Shown here in pieces: positions 54,285 through 64,000 of a stretch of 64,000 nt of DNA (position 1 is its first letter; every line of letters starts with the position of its first letter). The stretch spans positions 1,482,551 to 1,546,550 of the forward strand of contig OZ242260.1 of assembly GCA_965207065.1 (NCBI GenBank), read 5' to 3'. Origin of the DNA: a bacterium. Lineage in GTDB: Bacteria > UBA8248. The notes beneath the pieces were generated by a model that was not told the DNA's origin, searched no databases, and worked only from the letters and a program-made list of their open reading frames with translations. The translations under genes were made by a program, and so were the position numbers.

Positions 54285-57200
54285 CTACGAGATCTTCTTT
54301 GCCGTTCCGGTTCCGCCGTCCGGCTTCATGTCCACAGCCGCCACTCTTCCAGCCATGACGCGTTGACTTCTCGCCGGTAATATCATGCTCTTTCGTCGCT
54401 TCCGGCGACGCTGCTCGTAGAGACCAAGCGCGTGCAGGGGGAAATACTGGCGGTAGAGCACGTAATCCAGGAGCGCCGTCCGAAAAAAAACGCCGGGCAT
54501 GTCCTGCTTGGGCCAAGTCCCGTCTGCTTCCTGCGTATTAAGCAGGAAGCCAGCGCCCCGGGAAATCGCGGCCCAGTCTGTTTCGTCCGCCTTGAGGAGT
54601 GCTATCAGCGCCCACGCGGTCTGTATGACCTGGCTTTCCTGATGCGGGACGTAGCAACCGCTTAGGCAGCCGCTGTGGTGTTCGCCCCATCCCCCGTCTG
54701 GCTGCTGGCGCTCCAGCAGCCAGCGGCAAGACGCGCGCAGCGCCGGATCGCTTGGACCGGCCCGGTCCGAAACAAGGCCCCAGATGCCGAAAAGGGTGCC
54801 GTAGATGTACTGGACCCCCCATACGCCGCGCCAACTGCCGTCAGCCATCTGGTTCCGTCGCAACCACAAGGCGCCCCGGGCGATGGAGTCGGCAACCACT
54901 GACCTGTCGCCAATTTCAGGAAATCGATCCCGGCAGACAGCCAGCGCCGCGATACAAGACGCGGTACATTCGACAAAAGAATGCTCGGTCATCGATTCGC
55001 CGAACATCTCTGCAGGATTCAAGCGCTCCAGATCAATTGCCGAGCGCCTGGCCTCATAACTGCCGAAGCCGCCGTCGGGGTTCTGGCTTCGCAACATAAA
55101 GCCAATCGCTTCGCTGAGCACGGACGAGTCCGTGTCGTCTCCGTGGGCGGCGACGAGTCCAAGCACCGCCTGCGCCGTGCAGTCACTCACCGGCCAGCCA
55201 TGCCACCCACCGGCGAAGCACCAGCCGCCTTTGGGGTCAGCGCGGTAGGCTTCACGAAACCGTTCAAAGCTGATCTTGATCTGTTCGCCGAGCAGAAAAT
55301 CGGCGCCGCGCCGGAGCGCATCCCGAACACGGTCCGTCTCAGGCATGGTAGCCAGAGCCTGCAGCGCGAACCCGGTATCCCACGAAGCGCTTCTTGCTCC
55401 GGTGACCCGCAAGCCGTCGTCTTCGTCTTCCCATATCCAGGAATCCATTTTCGATAGCGCCCTTCGGCAATCGGTATCGTCCGGATCGTGCAGCCACAGC
55501 GCCAGAATGTTGAGAATGCCGCTGACTGGAGAGATGCTCGTATGGCTGGTGGTCTGCAGTTCCCATCTGATCTGCCCGAGAATTGCATCCATGCACCGTG
55601 TGCGCAGGTGTTTGCTGTGGAACCGCTCGACCAGCCGTGCAAATCTATATCCGAGCCTGAGCCAGACGGACGGCCTTGCAAAAAGATCGGCATCCCGAAG
55701 CCGGTTCCTAGCGGCGAGAAAATCGGCCCTGGCAAAACCTTGCGGATAAAGCTCTTCCCGCAACGCAGCGATAACTGGTGTGACGGGCGCCTGGTACCGG
55801 CGGGCATAAATCGACGCCATCGCCATATAGATGAGCCGTGTATGGCAGTACCAGTTGGAGGGATGCAGCGGTATCTTCCGCGGCAGGCTCCACAATTCCG
55901 GCAGAACAGCGTTCACGCCGTTCCAATCATAAAGATTAAGGAGCGCCAGCCAGAATTTTCCCCAGCTCGGAATGCCGAGAATCCCCTCGGCCTGAATGAA
56001 CCGCCGGGCCGGCGCGATCAGGGGGTCATCCGGCTCTACACCGAGCAGCCGCGCCGCGACATAAACGAGGGCGGTGACGAACAGATGGGGCGACGAATGC
56101 TCGTGCAGGCCCCATGAACCGTCTTGGAGACGGGTCCTCTCAAACGAGTGCAGCACCCGGCGCCGCTTTCCCGGATCGAGCGGCTGGCCGATGATGTGGT
56201 GGAGCAGTACGTATTGCGCCGTGAGCATGGGACACCAGACCATCTCGCCTTCCCAGTCGCCGTCCTCTCTCTGCAGTTGCACGAGGCATTGGGCGGCGCT
56301 TTCCAGCGCCGGACCGGCATCGGGCGAATCGACCTCTCCGGCGCGGGCGGGCCGCTCCGATTCGGTTTTCGAAGGGATGGTATAGGGGAATGCCCGTCGT
56401 AGGTGCTCTCGCGCTTTCGCGCTTTCCTCCCTTCCTTCCCTGGCCGCCTCCCTCAACTGGCGGATGCCGAGCAGCAACCACCAAAGGCGAGCAGCCAACG
56501 CGCGAAAGTTCACCAATATCCGACGCCATAGAAACCTGCGGATGGAGAAGGTTGTCTCCCGGCTCATTGCCCGCGCGACAGTTTCGCAAAAGGAGAAAAC
56601 CGTCATTGGCATGGACAACTCTTGGCAGGCAAGTATCCGCATGGTCCGGTCCCGATACCCCGAATTCGCTCGCCAGCCCTGGTAAACGGCCTTTCTGAGC
56701 ATAACCGATTCGGTGCGGTAATCGGTCAACACCTCATAAAGCCCCATGGCAAGGAACTCGGGAATACGGGTCGCCTGGAACCGCTTTGCGGTGAATTGCT
56801 GGAAGTCCTCGCTTTCGGAGAGCGCCAGCGCATCGCCGAAGCCGAGAGTCATGCCGACTGCCGTCATGGGATGATAGTGTCCGGCCGCATCGCCGATAAG
56901 CACCCGGTGCGGGTTCCCGTACGTGACACGCGGTCTCAACTGGTTGGCGGCGGCATAGAATCGCCTGACGTGCAGCGCTTCGACGAAGGCCGGCCCGAGA
57001 TTTCCTGGAAGCAGCCTGCCATAGGATTCAGACAAGAAACTTATCCGGTCCTTGGAATTCCAACAATCCAATGGGACATCCAGGTTGACCCGGACGGAGC
57101 CGTTCGCAAGTCCGTAAATGAAAATTGGACCCGGCCCACCCAGAACCAGATGGCCGTATCCTTCAAACAGCAGGTCGGCGTCGTGTAACGTCACCCCGAG

Positions 57201-57718
57201 CATCCGCGAACAGAGCATCGGGTCCATGGAATATCCCAAGGATCTGCGCACGATCGAAGCGCGGCCGTCGGCGCCGATAATTCGGTCGACATTTATGGCG
57301 CATTCCAAGCCATTTCTCGAGAAGGTAATCCGTTCGTCTTCAACGACATTGACCCGCGCGTGGGAAATGAAATCGACATTGGCCTCGTTCTCAATGACCT
57401 CGCGGAGGCTTGAAACGAGCAGCGCGTGGTCGCATACCAGACCCCGTGAACCGTCTGGATAAGGAAGCAGGATCGGGTCGGAGTCGTCGTCGGGCAGCAC
57501 CACGAAACCGACGCCCGACTTGCTGCCGGACAGCGTGTCGACATCAATCCCGATGTCACGCAACAACTTCACTCCCGGCGGATGCAACCATTCGCCTGCA
57601 AGGCGTTTAGACGCTTTCGGATTCGCTTCGAGCAGGGCCACCTTAACGCCCTTGCGCGCAAGGACAATTGCGCATACGCTTCCCACCGGTCCCGCGCCGA
57701 TAATGGCGGCATCATACT
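54285..57718 (-). CDS. Bifunctional squalene monooxygenase (FAD) - oxidosqualene cyclase fusion protein
   Basis: N-terminal domain: YDAAIIGAGPVGSV (FAD GxGxxG), GEWLHPPG (cf. GELLQPGG), IIGADGRASIVRRSL, IGDAAGHYHPMTAVGMTLGFGD (squalene-epoxidase GD motif). C-terminal domain: QW-type repeats, GWPVSDCTAQAV (OSC catalytic VxDCTAE motif), GGWGEH. Single frame with no stop; the likely start is GTG at ~57718 (the track Met at 57839 adds an Arg/Ser-rich junk extension). Confidence 0.7.
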
Positions 57719-57729
57719 TCGGCACCGAG

Positions 57730-59016
57730 TCAGCGCTCCTCAAAGGGCGCTGAGTACAGCGCGGCGGCGGTTGTGAAGGGCAGGTCGCCGTCCTGGATCG
57801 AGAGCAGGAACGTTTCCGGACCCTCGATCTCGTCATCATGCTCGGTGGGAATAGAGAAGCGGTACCGGGGCCACCCCGCCGGGATAGTCAAATTGTAGGG
57901 GCCGCCCGTGTAGTCCCCTTGTTCCGACGCGGTCTGGTCCGTGTTCACCAATGTAACAGTTGTATTCGTGAACCGAGGCCACGAGAACATCAGTTTCCAT
58001 CTCGAGCACCTCGCCTTTGGCCACCGAGTTGGCGTTGTCCAGATACTCAACACGCTTGTCAGGTCGCTGTGCGTCACGGTCTGCTGGCCGGCGTGCCCAC
58101 GGGCAGGCCGCAGGCGACGTTGGTGTTGCTTGCCCTCGCTCCCGAAAACGACGTTCAGCGTCCCTTCGTAGGCGTTGCCTTCTTCTAGGTTCGCCACTGG
58201 GGTGAGCATGATGAGCGCCTACTGCACCACGTTCGTGGCGAGGCCGGTGAAGGTCAGAGTCAGGTCACTTCCCGTACCGGACACCGTAACGCTGGTTCCG
58301 GTGGTGGCGTAGGAGTAGTCCGAGGTCACGTGATTGGTGTTGCGGACGGTGGTCGAGTTAGTGCCTATGCCGATGGAGAAGTGCGCCACGTCGTCCGTCA
58401 GCAGCCGCTGGCCGAGCTTGACCCTGACCTGCGCCGTGTCGGTCGCGTCGCCTTCGGTCATCCACGTATCCATCGCCTCGAAGGAGACCGTGACCTGCGC
58501 GGTGGCCTCGTCGGCAAAACCCGCCGACAGCAGGACAGGCAACAGCAAGGACAGGAAGAGACGGTGCGGGGAAAAGGTGGTCCGTTTCCAGGGCGTGCGT
58601 CCCGGGGCGCCGATTCTTTTGCGGAGTCCGGAAGCCGCGCCGCGCGGACCGGAGCGGCGGGAAAACTCAGGCGGTGAGGCTGGAAGGCAAAGGCAGCGCC
58701 GCCATGCGGTAACGCTCATGGCCGACGTTCGGTTCGGTTCGGTTCGGTTCGGTTCGGTTCGGTTCGGTTCGGTTCGGTTCGGTTCGGTTCGGTTCGGTTC
58801 GGAGAACATGGTGAAGAACGCTCTCGTCCGGCTTGTCAAGCCCTGATATGAAGCTTTTCTGCTATTGAAGAAGGCCCGAAAAACCAAGGGGAATGTTGCA
58901 AGGCGGCGCGCATCTTCGGTCTCCTTAAAGAATGGGAATAATTCAGCAAAGTTAACAAAGATTTTAGAGATTAACTTCATCATTGAGTTCATCGAATCTT
59001 GATCCTGAATGGTCAA
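57730..59016 (-). pseudogene. Secreted Calx-beta domain protein with in-frame stop (58219-58221), preceded in frame by a (TEPNR)n repeat
   Basis: Signal peptide ...HRLFLSLLLPVLLSAGFADEATAQ, then Calx-beta-like VTVSFEAMDTW...; the second half MLTPVANLEEG...GEGDYTGGPYNLTIPAG... is in the same frame after a stop. Confidence 0.45.
58726..58802. repeat. Pentanucleotide microsatellite (GGTTC)14-15, i.e. (GAACC)n on the coding strand
   Basis: Read directly; lies between an upstream ATG (MFSEPNRT...) and the signal peptide of the Calx-beta gene. Confidence 0.9.
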
Positions 59017-59334
59017 ATTAAGCGTTTATGTTTGCAAATGCTTCTTTCATATCTTGAGCCGTTATCCGGTTCCTTGCATAGATTCATACTATTCATTTTT
59101 GTATTGGCGTCAGCCGGAACGGATCGGGCCGAATGCCGCTTAACCTATGAGTTTTGGAGTGGGCTCCTGCGTATTCACTCGAGAATGAGGGCTTGTATTT
59201 CGAAAGCGATCCCATTATCGGGTCAACCCGCAAACCATGTTGCATTGAATACCTTGGCTATGTCAACGAAATTTGTCAAGAAAAATTGATTTGAAATATT
59301 TGGCATCATGAGCGCCCAGAAGCGATGGCGCCGG

Positions 59335-59871
59335 CTACGCGGCTTCCGTCAATGACGCGGACGCTGCTCCCCAAGTCCTCATGCCTGCGGATGCGCCCGG
59401 CGTCTGCGGCACGCACCAGAAGCAACTGGCGGAACGCGATGTGCCCCGACGTAAAGACGACGGCCTCCTCCCAGCCGCATCGAGAGTTCGCGAATCGAGG
59501 ATCGTGATGCCCCCGCCCACCATGTCGAACTGCGATCCGGCCGCGCGAAGCCAGATGTTCTTCCAAGACGCGATGCCGCGGCGGGAAAAAGAGAGGCCCG
59601 CGCCCTTCATCGCTTCGAGGGCGCTCAACAGATTCGACTCGTAGCCTAGATGGACGTGGGAGCCGGCGGAATTTGGAGCGGGGTCGGCGCTGTAGCTCAC
59701 CGGTTTGAAGAAGGCATAGTATCCGAATATCAGAGGACGTCCATCACTCGTGCAAGCCACCGAAGGTGTGGCGAACGCGCCGACAGCGAGAACGAGACAA
59801 ACCATCGAGGCGCAGGCGGCGAGTGATGTCCGTCCGGGCAGGCGGGAAAACAGCGCAAGCATGCCTTTCAT
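59335..59871 (-). pseudogene. Periplasmic solute-binding protein family 3 (PBPb-like) N-terminal part, apparently frameshifted or truncated
   Basis: Signal peptide; ...LIFGYYAFFKPVSYSADPAPNSAGSHVHLGYESNLLSALEAMKGAGLSFSRRGIASWKNIWLRAAGSQFDMVGGGITILDSR. Confidence 0.4.
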
Positions 59872-60120
59872 CCTTTCGGACGTAATGGAGTGGCGGCGAA
59901 TTCGTGATGGAATCCTGCGCCTGAGAACGGCATTCTCGTATCATCCGCGCAATCGCCCAAGCGTCGAACCCGTACCATCTTTCGAATTCACCGGTTTCTC
60001 GACGTCATATCCGTCCCTCACATCCATTTCTTCACGTCGCTTGGTTTTGAGAGCGAATGAGAGTTTGGCCTTTTTCCAGAATGGTTTCGAATACTCTTCG
60101 AACCCAATTGTAACCCCGCT

Positions 60121-60381
60121 GTGATAAAATGCGGCGTACGCGGACGACGGATGGATCCCACAACAGCAGAAGGAAACGCAAGCCATGAAGCTGGGCGTAT
60201 TGACGGGGACGGCGACTGCCCCGGCCTGAACGCGGTCATCCGCGCGGCGACGGCATCGAACTTCCACCGGGGAAGCCATACGCTGGGTATCCGCCCGGGC
60301 TGGCACGGCCTGGTGGACGGCGATTTCACCGAGATTACGGGCCCGGTGATCTCCGGTATCAGTGACAATACCATCGCTTAA
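60121..60381 (+). pseudogene. (PPi-)phosphofructokinase N-terminal fragment, frameshifted
   Basis: MKLGVLTGTATAPA* and, in the next frame, ...GDGDCPGLNAVIRAAT...GIRPGWHGLVDGDFTEITGPVISGIS (cf. MK.IGVLTSGGD.PGLNAVIRAVV). Confidence 0.5.
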
Positions 60382-60552
60382 CCGAAAAACTATAAGGGGC
60401 CGACGAGGCAGCTGCAAAGTTGCTTTTCTTCACGATTCGTAACGCAGAGGTCCTTAGGGGCGCCGCGTTGACTGGAGCGCTGCGAAGGGGCAGTTTGCCA
60501 TTGTGTTTGGGGAATACCCAGATGTTCGGACAGCCCCTTCAGGAGGTTTCGA

Positions 60553-62310
60553 ATGATGTCCGTTTTTACCTCCAGGATTGTTGGACTCGTCGCCATGATC
60601 GCAATCATGTCCGGCTGCAGCAGCGCAACCAGACAAGGCCACGGCGTCCCGCCTGCAGGAGAATTGTTCCACGGGCAGAAAGCATTGATGGAAAAAGTCG
60701 AAGCCGGAGGTCCCCTCGAGGGTGTTCTGACGATTATCGATACGGAGTGCCGGGTTGCGGAATCCCACTGCGCCGTGGTCACTGAAACCGCCGCGGCGTT
60801 CGGAACACCTCGGGGAAACATACTCCACACGGAAAAAGGGCGCTTCGGCGATGCCGACTATGAGTCCGTGCTTACTCACCCTGAAACGCTCGAAGAACTC
60901 ATTGCATCCGGCGGATTGGAGGCCATAATCGAGGAGTTGAAACTTCTTGGGACGGCTCCGGGGACTTTCCTGACCCGGGCAACGTGGGAGGCGCACAGAG
61001 AACGGACGAAAGTCGTGGTCATGCCGTTCGGTCCGGTTTTCAACCGGCCGGGAGACGGTTCCCTGATCGCAAGTCGCAACATGCTGTTTGTCGCGTCAAT
61101 CGGAAACGTCATCACCGATGAGAGCCAGCCGTTCGACAAGGATAGCTTCGTGCGCAACTGGTACACGCCCGGCTGGTGCAGCGATCGGGAATCGGTGGAG
61201 CGGCGCACGGGCAGCGGCAACTTCTATTGCGATCTCCTGAACGACGCACAGCTCGCCAGCATCTTCAGGAACCTGAAGGAGGCGCAGGGAAAGGCTCTGT
61301 ATGCGACCTGGGGAGACATCAAGGACGGAGAAGTCACGCCCTATCCTTTTGCGGTGAGCTGCGGGGAAGCGAAGAACGATTGCTTCACGGTCATCCTGCC
61401 GCCTGAGCATCGGGGCCGGAAGATCGAGAGTTTCGATGATATGGCGCAATACGCCGTCGGCACCTCGTTTGCGTCGCCGGCTCTCGGCAGCTATCTCTTT
61501 TATCTTTCCCAACTCTGGGACGATGCGGGAGAGGTGCGCAGGATTCTCAACGAATGCGCCATCGACGTTGGAGAACCCGGAATCGACAGGGAATTCGGCC
61601 GGGGCGTTGCGAGCGCCGACTGTCCGCAGGTGGCGAAGAGGGAAAGGACCACCGCGCGGGCGAGCGTCTCACTTGACATGCGCTCGCCGCTGATGAATGC
61701 GCGGGATGCGGTGGTGTCTGCTGCCGCGGCGAGGGGCTACGAGGGGTCCAGGTCTTCGCGGCGGGAATCCGAATCCGGCGCGAGGGGGCCGCTTTCGTTC
61801 CACACCGCCCGGCCGCGGGGCGGGGCGAGAGCGCCGCTTCGGTTTTCGTTCGCCTCCTCGGCGCGGCAGCGTGTCGTTCCGGAGATTTACCTGGCGGAGG
61901 GCATTCTGGGCGCCGGGGTGACGAAACGCTTCACCACCGGCGAGAGCATCTCCTTATCGTTCGGGCATGGGTACGACACCCTTGCGGCGTCTTCCTTCCT
62001 GGCCGGCCCCGGACGCCGGGAATCGTTCATGGAGGTCGGCGTGCGTAAGCCGCTACTTCTAGGCCGAAACACGCTCGTCGAACTGTCGGGTTCATACGGG
62101 CGGGTGAACGATGAAATGCGACTCCAGGTATTCAGGGCGGGACTGAGGTCGGTGCATCGGGAAGGCAACCATAGCGTTGCATTCGACCTCGCGTATGCGC
62201 GGGCGGCCGGTTCTCTCGGCATCCCCGGCTATAGAGACGTGGGCAGGAACAAGGTCCCCTTCATGAAGGAGTCGTTTGACACCGCCGTTTCCTGGCGCCT
62301 GGAATTTTGA
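60553..62310 (+). CDS. Lipoprotein with S8/subtilisin-like serine motif and autotransporter-type C-terminal beta-barrel (NalP/SphB1-like architecture, tentative)
   Basis: Lipobox IMSGCSS; GTSFASPALGS (GTSxAxP Ser-site motif); C-terminus ends ...VSWRLEF (aromatic-x-aromatic barrel terminus); Asp/His catalytic motifs not confidently identified. Confidence 0.35.
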   Translation: MMSVFTSRIVGLVAMIAIMSGCSSATRQGHGVPPAGELFHGQKALMEKVEAGGPLEGVLTIIDTECRVAESHCAVVTETAAAFGTPRGNILHTEKGRFGDADYESVLTHPETLEELIASGGLEAIIEELKLLGTAPGTFLTRATWEAHRERTKVVVMPFGPVFNRPGDGSLIASRNMLFVASIGNVITDESQPFDKDSFVRNWYTPGWCSDRESVERRTGSGNFYCDLLNDAQLASIFRNLKEAQGKALYATWGDIKDGEVTPYPFAVSCGEAKNDCFTVILPPEHRGRKIESFDDMAQYAVGTSFASPALGSYLFYLSQLWDDAGEVRRILNECAIDVGEPGIDREFGRGVASADCPQVAKRERTTARASVSLDMRSPLMNARDAVVSAAAARGYEGSRSSRRESESGARGPLSFHTARPRGGARAPLRFSFASSARQRVVPEIYLAEGILGAGVTKRFTTGESISLSFGHGYDTLAASSFLAGPGRRESFMEVGVRKPLLLGRNTLVELSGSYGRVNDEMRLQVFRAGLRSVHREGNHSVAFDLAYARAAGSLGIPGYRDVGRNKVPFMKESFDTAVSWRLEF

Positions 62311-62435
62311 ATTCATCGGTACGCATCGTTTACGGGTGAACCGTTATCGAGGCGGCTCTGCATAATGGCGCGCATTGTCCGGACGCCGATGCCGTAAGAG
62401 TTTTTTATAAAACAATTCATTCCAATAATCCCGGC

Positions 62436-62935
62436 AATTCGGGCGCGACTTCTGAGATATTCCGGTTGATTTGTACGATTTCCTCCTCTCGTCCGTCCCG
62501 ATCCATTTTGCGTATGATGGCCTGCGCCGCGAACATCGCGGAGCGAAGCAGGTGGATTTCCGCCTCGGTTCGCGGCCATTCGCGACGCTCCAGGGCCTCC
62601 ATCGCGAGTTCGACCACGAGTCTGTCGGGTGAATTTTCCCGCCATTCGGCTTCTTTTCGAGGCGCTTCCACTGATCTGATTTCACCATGACGTTGATTTG
62701 TATCGTCCGGAGCACCGGTTTTGCTGCTTCTTCATGAAATTTTTCACCCTGATCGATCGCAAAACGGGCCGGAAAAATCCCGTTTTCTGCATCGGGTGCA
62801 CTACATTTTGAGCGCGTGCACCTTCAAATTGCCCCGGCCCATGAGATACCAGACTGGTATCCATCATAGCGCAGCGCAGGCCTGCTCGATACCAATTCAG
62901 TATCTCCGCAGGGGAAAGGCCATTCGCTGCTACCG
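62436..62935 (-). repeat. Copy E of the RHH-element repeat (ORF broken by frameshifts)
   Basis: Same AATTCGGGCGCGACTTC end; ...SPDRLVVELAMEALERREWPRTEAEIHLLRSAMFAAQAIIRKMDRDGREEEIVQINRNISEVAPELPG; hairpin AAAACGGGccggaaaaatCCCGTTTT. Confidence 0.6.
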
Positions 62936-63388
62936 CCGGTCACTCGATCCATCCATATGAGGGGCAAGCGGAGCGCAGGCATTCGCATCATGGGCGACCC
63001 GCCACCTGAAAGATATCAGGATGGTATTACATTTTCCGGCGCGACGGGAGCACTCAGGAATACGAATTTTCACGGCATACTGCACGCAGTCGTATCACTG
63101 TAACACCAGCATCAGCGATGCGTCGGGTGTACTGAAAGAAACGCCGAAGGGCGGCTAGCGCAGGGATTCTTAGGAACGCGAGTCGAGGGGAATCATGCCG
63201 GTGAGAATGGCGAGCGGGAGCCGTCGCGGCGATTGAGCGCGAGGAGCAATGCGGGGAGTTGTTCCTGCGGCAAGACCAGTGGAGTCTTCATCGTTGCCGG
63301 CGCAAGCGGCGCGAGCGTTGGTCGACGAGACGCAAAGGGCCGCGCCGCCGCCGGGCGGGGTGGCGACGCGACCCGAGGTGTTTTCGCG

Positions 63389-64000
63389 TCAGGCTGCAAC
63401 GCGCTGGACGGGGATACCGAGGGTTTTAGCTTTGTCGACGAGGTTGTCGGTGATGCCCGAACCCGGGAACGCGATCACGCCCTTGGGCAGGAGTGCGAGG
63501 AGTTCGTCGTTCCTGCGGAAGGGAGCGGCCCTGCCGTGGGCGTCCCAATCCGGTTTGCAGACGACCTGGTGGACGCCGTTCCGCTCGGCCCATCCCGCCG
63601 CTATCTTCTCCGCACCGGGGCCGCCGCCGTGGACGAGAACGACGTCGGCGTACTTGGCCTTGACCTTGTCGAGGTGGCCGATGATTTTGCCCGCATCGCT
63701 CGCCTCCTTGCCTCCCGCGACGGCGACGAGGGTTCCCTGGGGCAAGTGGGCCGTGTTCTCGCGGTCCTTTCTGGCTCGCTGGAAGTCGCGCGCCTCGATG
63801 ACAGCGGAGGTGAGCTTGCCGGTCTGGCTGACGTGGGAACCTCGCCTCGGCCGCCATACCTCGCCGGTCTCGATGCGGTAGGCTTCTGCTGCCGTGTCCC
63901 TGAGTCCCTCGAAGGCGTCCCTGCGCTCCGTGAGGTTGTTGGCCCGGTCGGTCTTGAGTTCGAGTTCACGCGACCTGATCTCGGAGCCGTCCTGCTCACG
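63389..64000 (-). CDS. DUF2493/SLOG-like protein (partial, runs off the window end)
   Basis: ...LVAVAGGKEASDAGKIIGHLDKVKAKYADVVLVHGGGPGAEKIAAGWAERNGV...; the frame is open beyond 63745 to the window edge. Confidence 0.45.
   Translation of the reverse strand, partial: REQDGSEIRSRELELKTDRANNLTERRDAFEGLRDTAAEAYRIETGEVWRPRRGSHVSQTGKLTSAVIEARDFQRARKDRENTAHLPQGTLVAVAGGKEASDAGKIIGHLDKVKAKYADVVLVHGGGPGAEKIAAGWAERNGVHQVVCKPDWDAHGRAAPFRRNDELLALLPKGVIAFPGSGITDNLVDKAKTLGIPVQRVAA

Noticed and set aside
58726-58802. CRISPR array or protein-coding TEPNR repeat protein
   Set aside because: The repeat unit is 5 nt with no spacers, so it is a microsatellite, not a CRISPR array. The pentapeptide repeat is a by-product of the current frame.

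Overview
This 64-kb window is a strongly mosaic accessory region, most likely from a sterol-producing, high-GC proteobacterium. Patches of ~65% GC DNA alternate with ~45-50% GC islands, and the window is dominated by decayed and nested mobile elements. The mobile-element inventory read from the sequence is: fragments of IS66-, IS1380-, IS4/IS1634-, IS5/IS1182-, IS256-, IS110- and IS4-like transposases; two truncated group II introns; a complete RIT (recombinase-in-trio) element inserted into an IS256 transposase gene; a 2.5-kb large-serine-recombinase cassette that splits an IS110 transposase; an IS1595-family element carrying an NgoFVII-like PLD-family restriction-modification pair as passenger; a second serine recombinase pseudogene; and a separate tyrosine integrase. 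Interleaved cargo comprises an AbiEi/AbiEii toxin-antitoxin pair with its inverted-repeat operator, a DSR-like SIR2 defence gene split by a frameshift at an A7 tract, an FRG-domain protein, three TbpB-like surface lipoproteins (one carrying an HExxH metalloprotease motif), Sel1 and other lipoproteins, and an S8-like lipoprotein with an autotransporter-type C-terminus. The most striking cargo is a sterol-type locus made of an RND/MMPL exporter, a GPP34(GOLPH3-like)-cytochrome P450 fusion, and a single 1,140-1,180 aa ORF that fuses a squalene monooxygenase domain to an oxidosqualene cyclase domain. A further previously unexplained structure is a family of at least five copies of a ~0.1-0.55 kb element encoding a MobC/ribbon-helix-helix-like small protein. 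All copies share one precise end and are variably truncated at the other, and one copy hosts a group II intron. Simple-sequence tracts are also present: C20, G10 and (GGTTC)14, the last of which encodes an in-frame (TEPNR)14 stretch within the extended upstream reading frame of a Calx-beta secreted protein gene, upstream of its predicted signal peptide. Many long ORFs in the GC-rich stretches are antisense artefacts and were not called.
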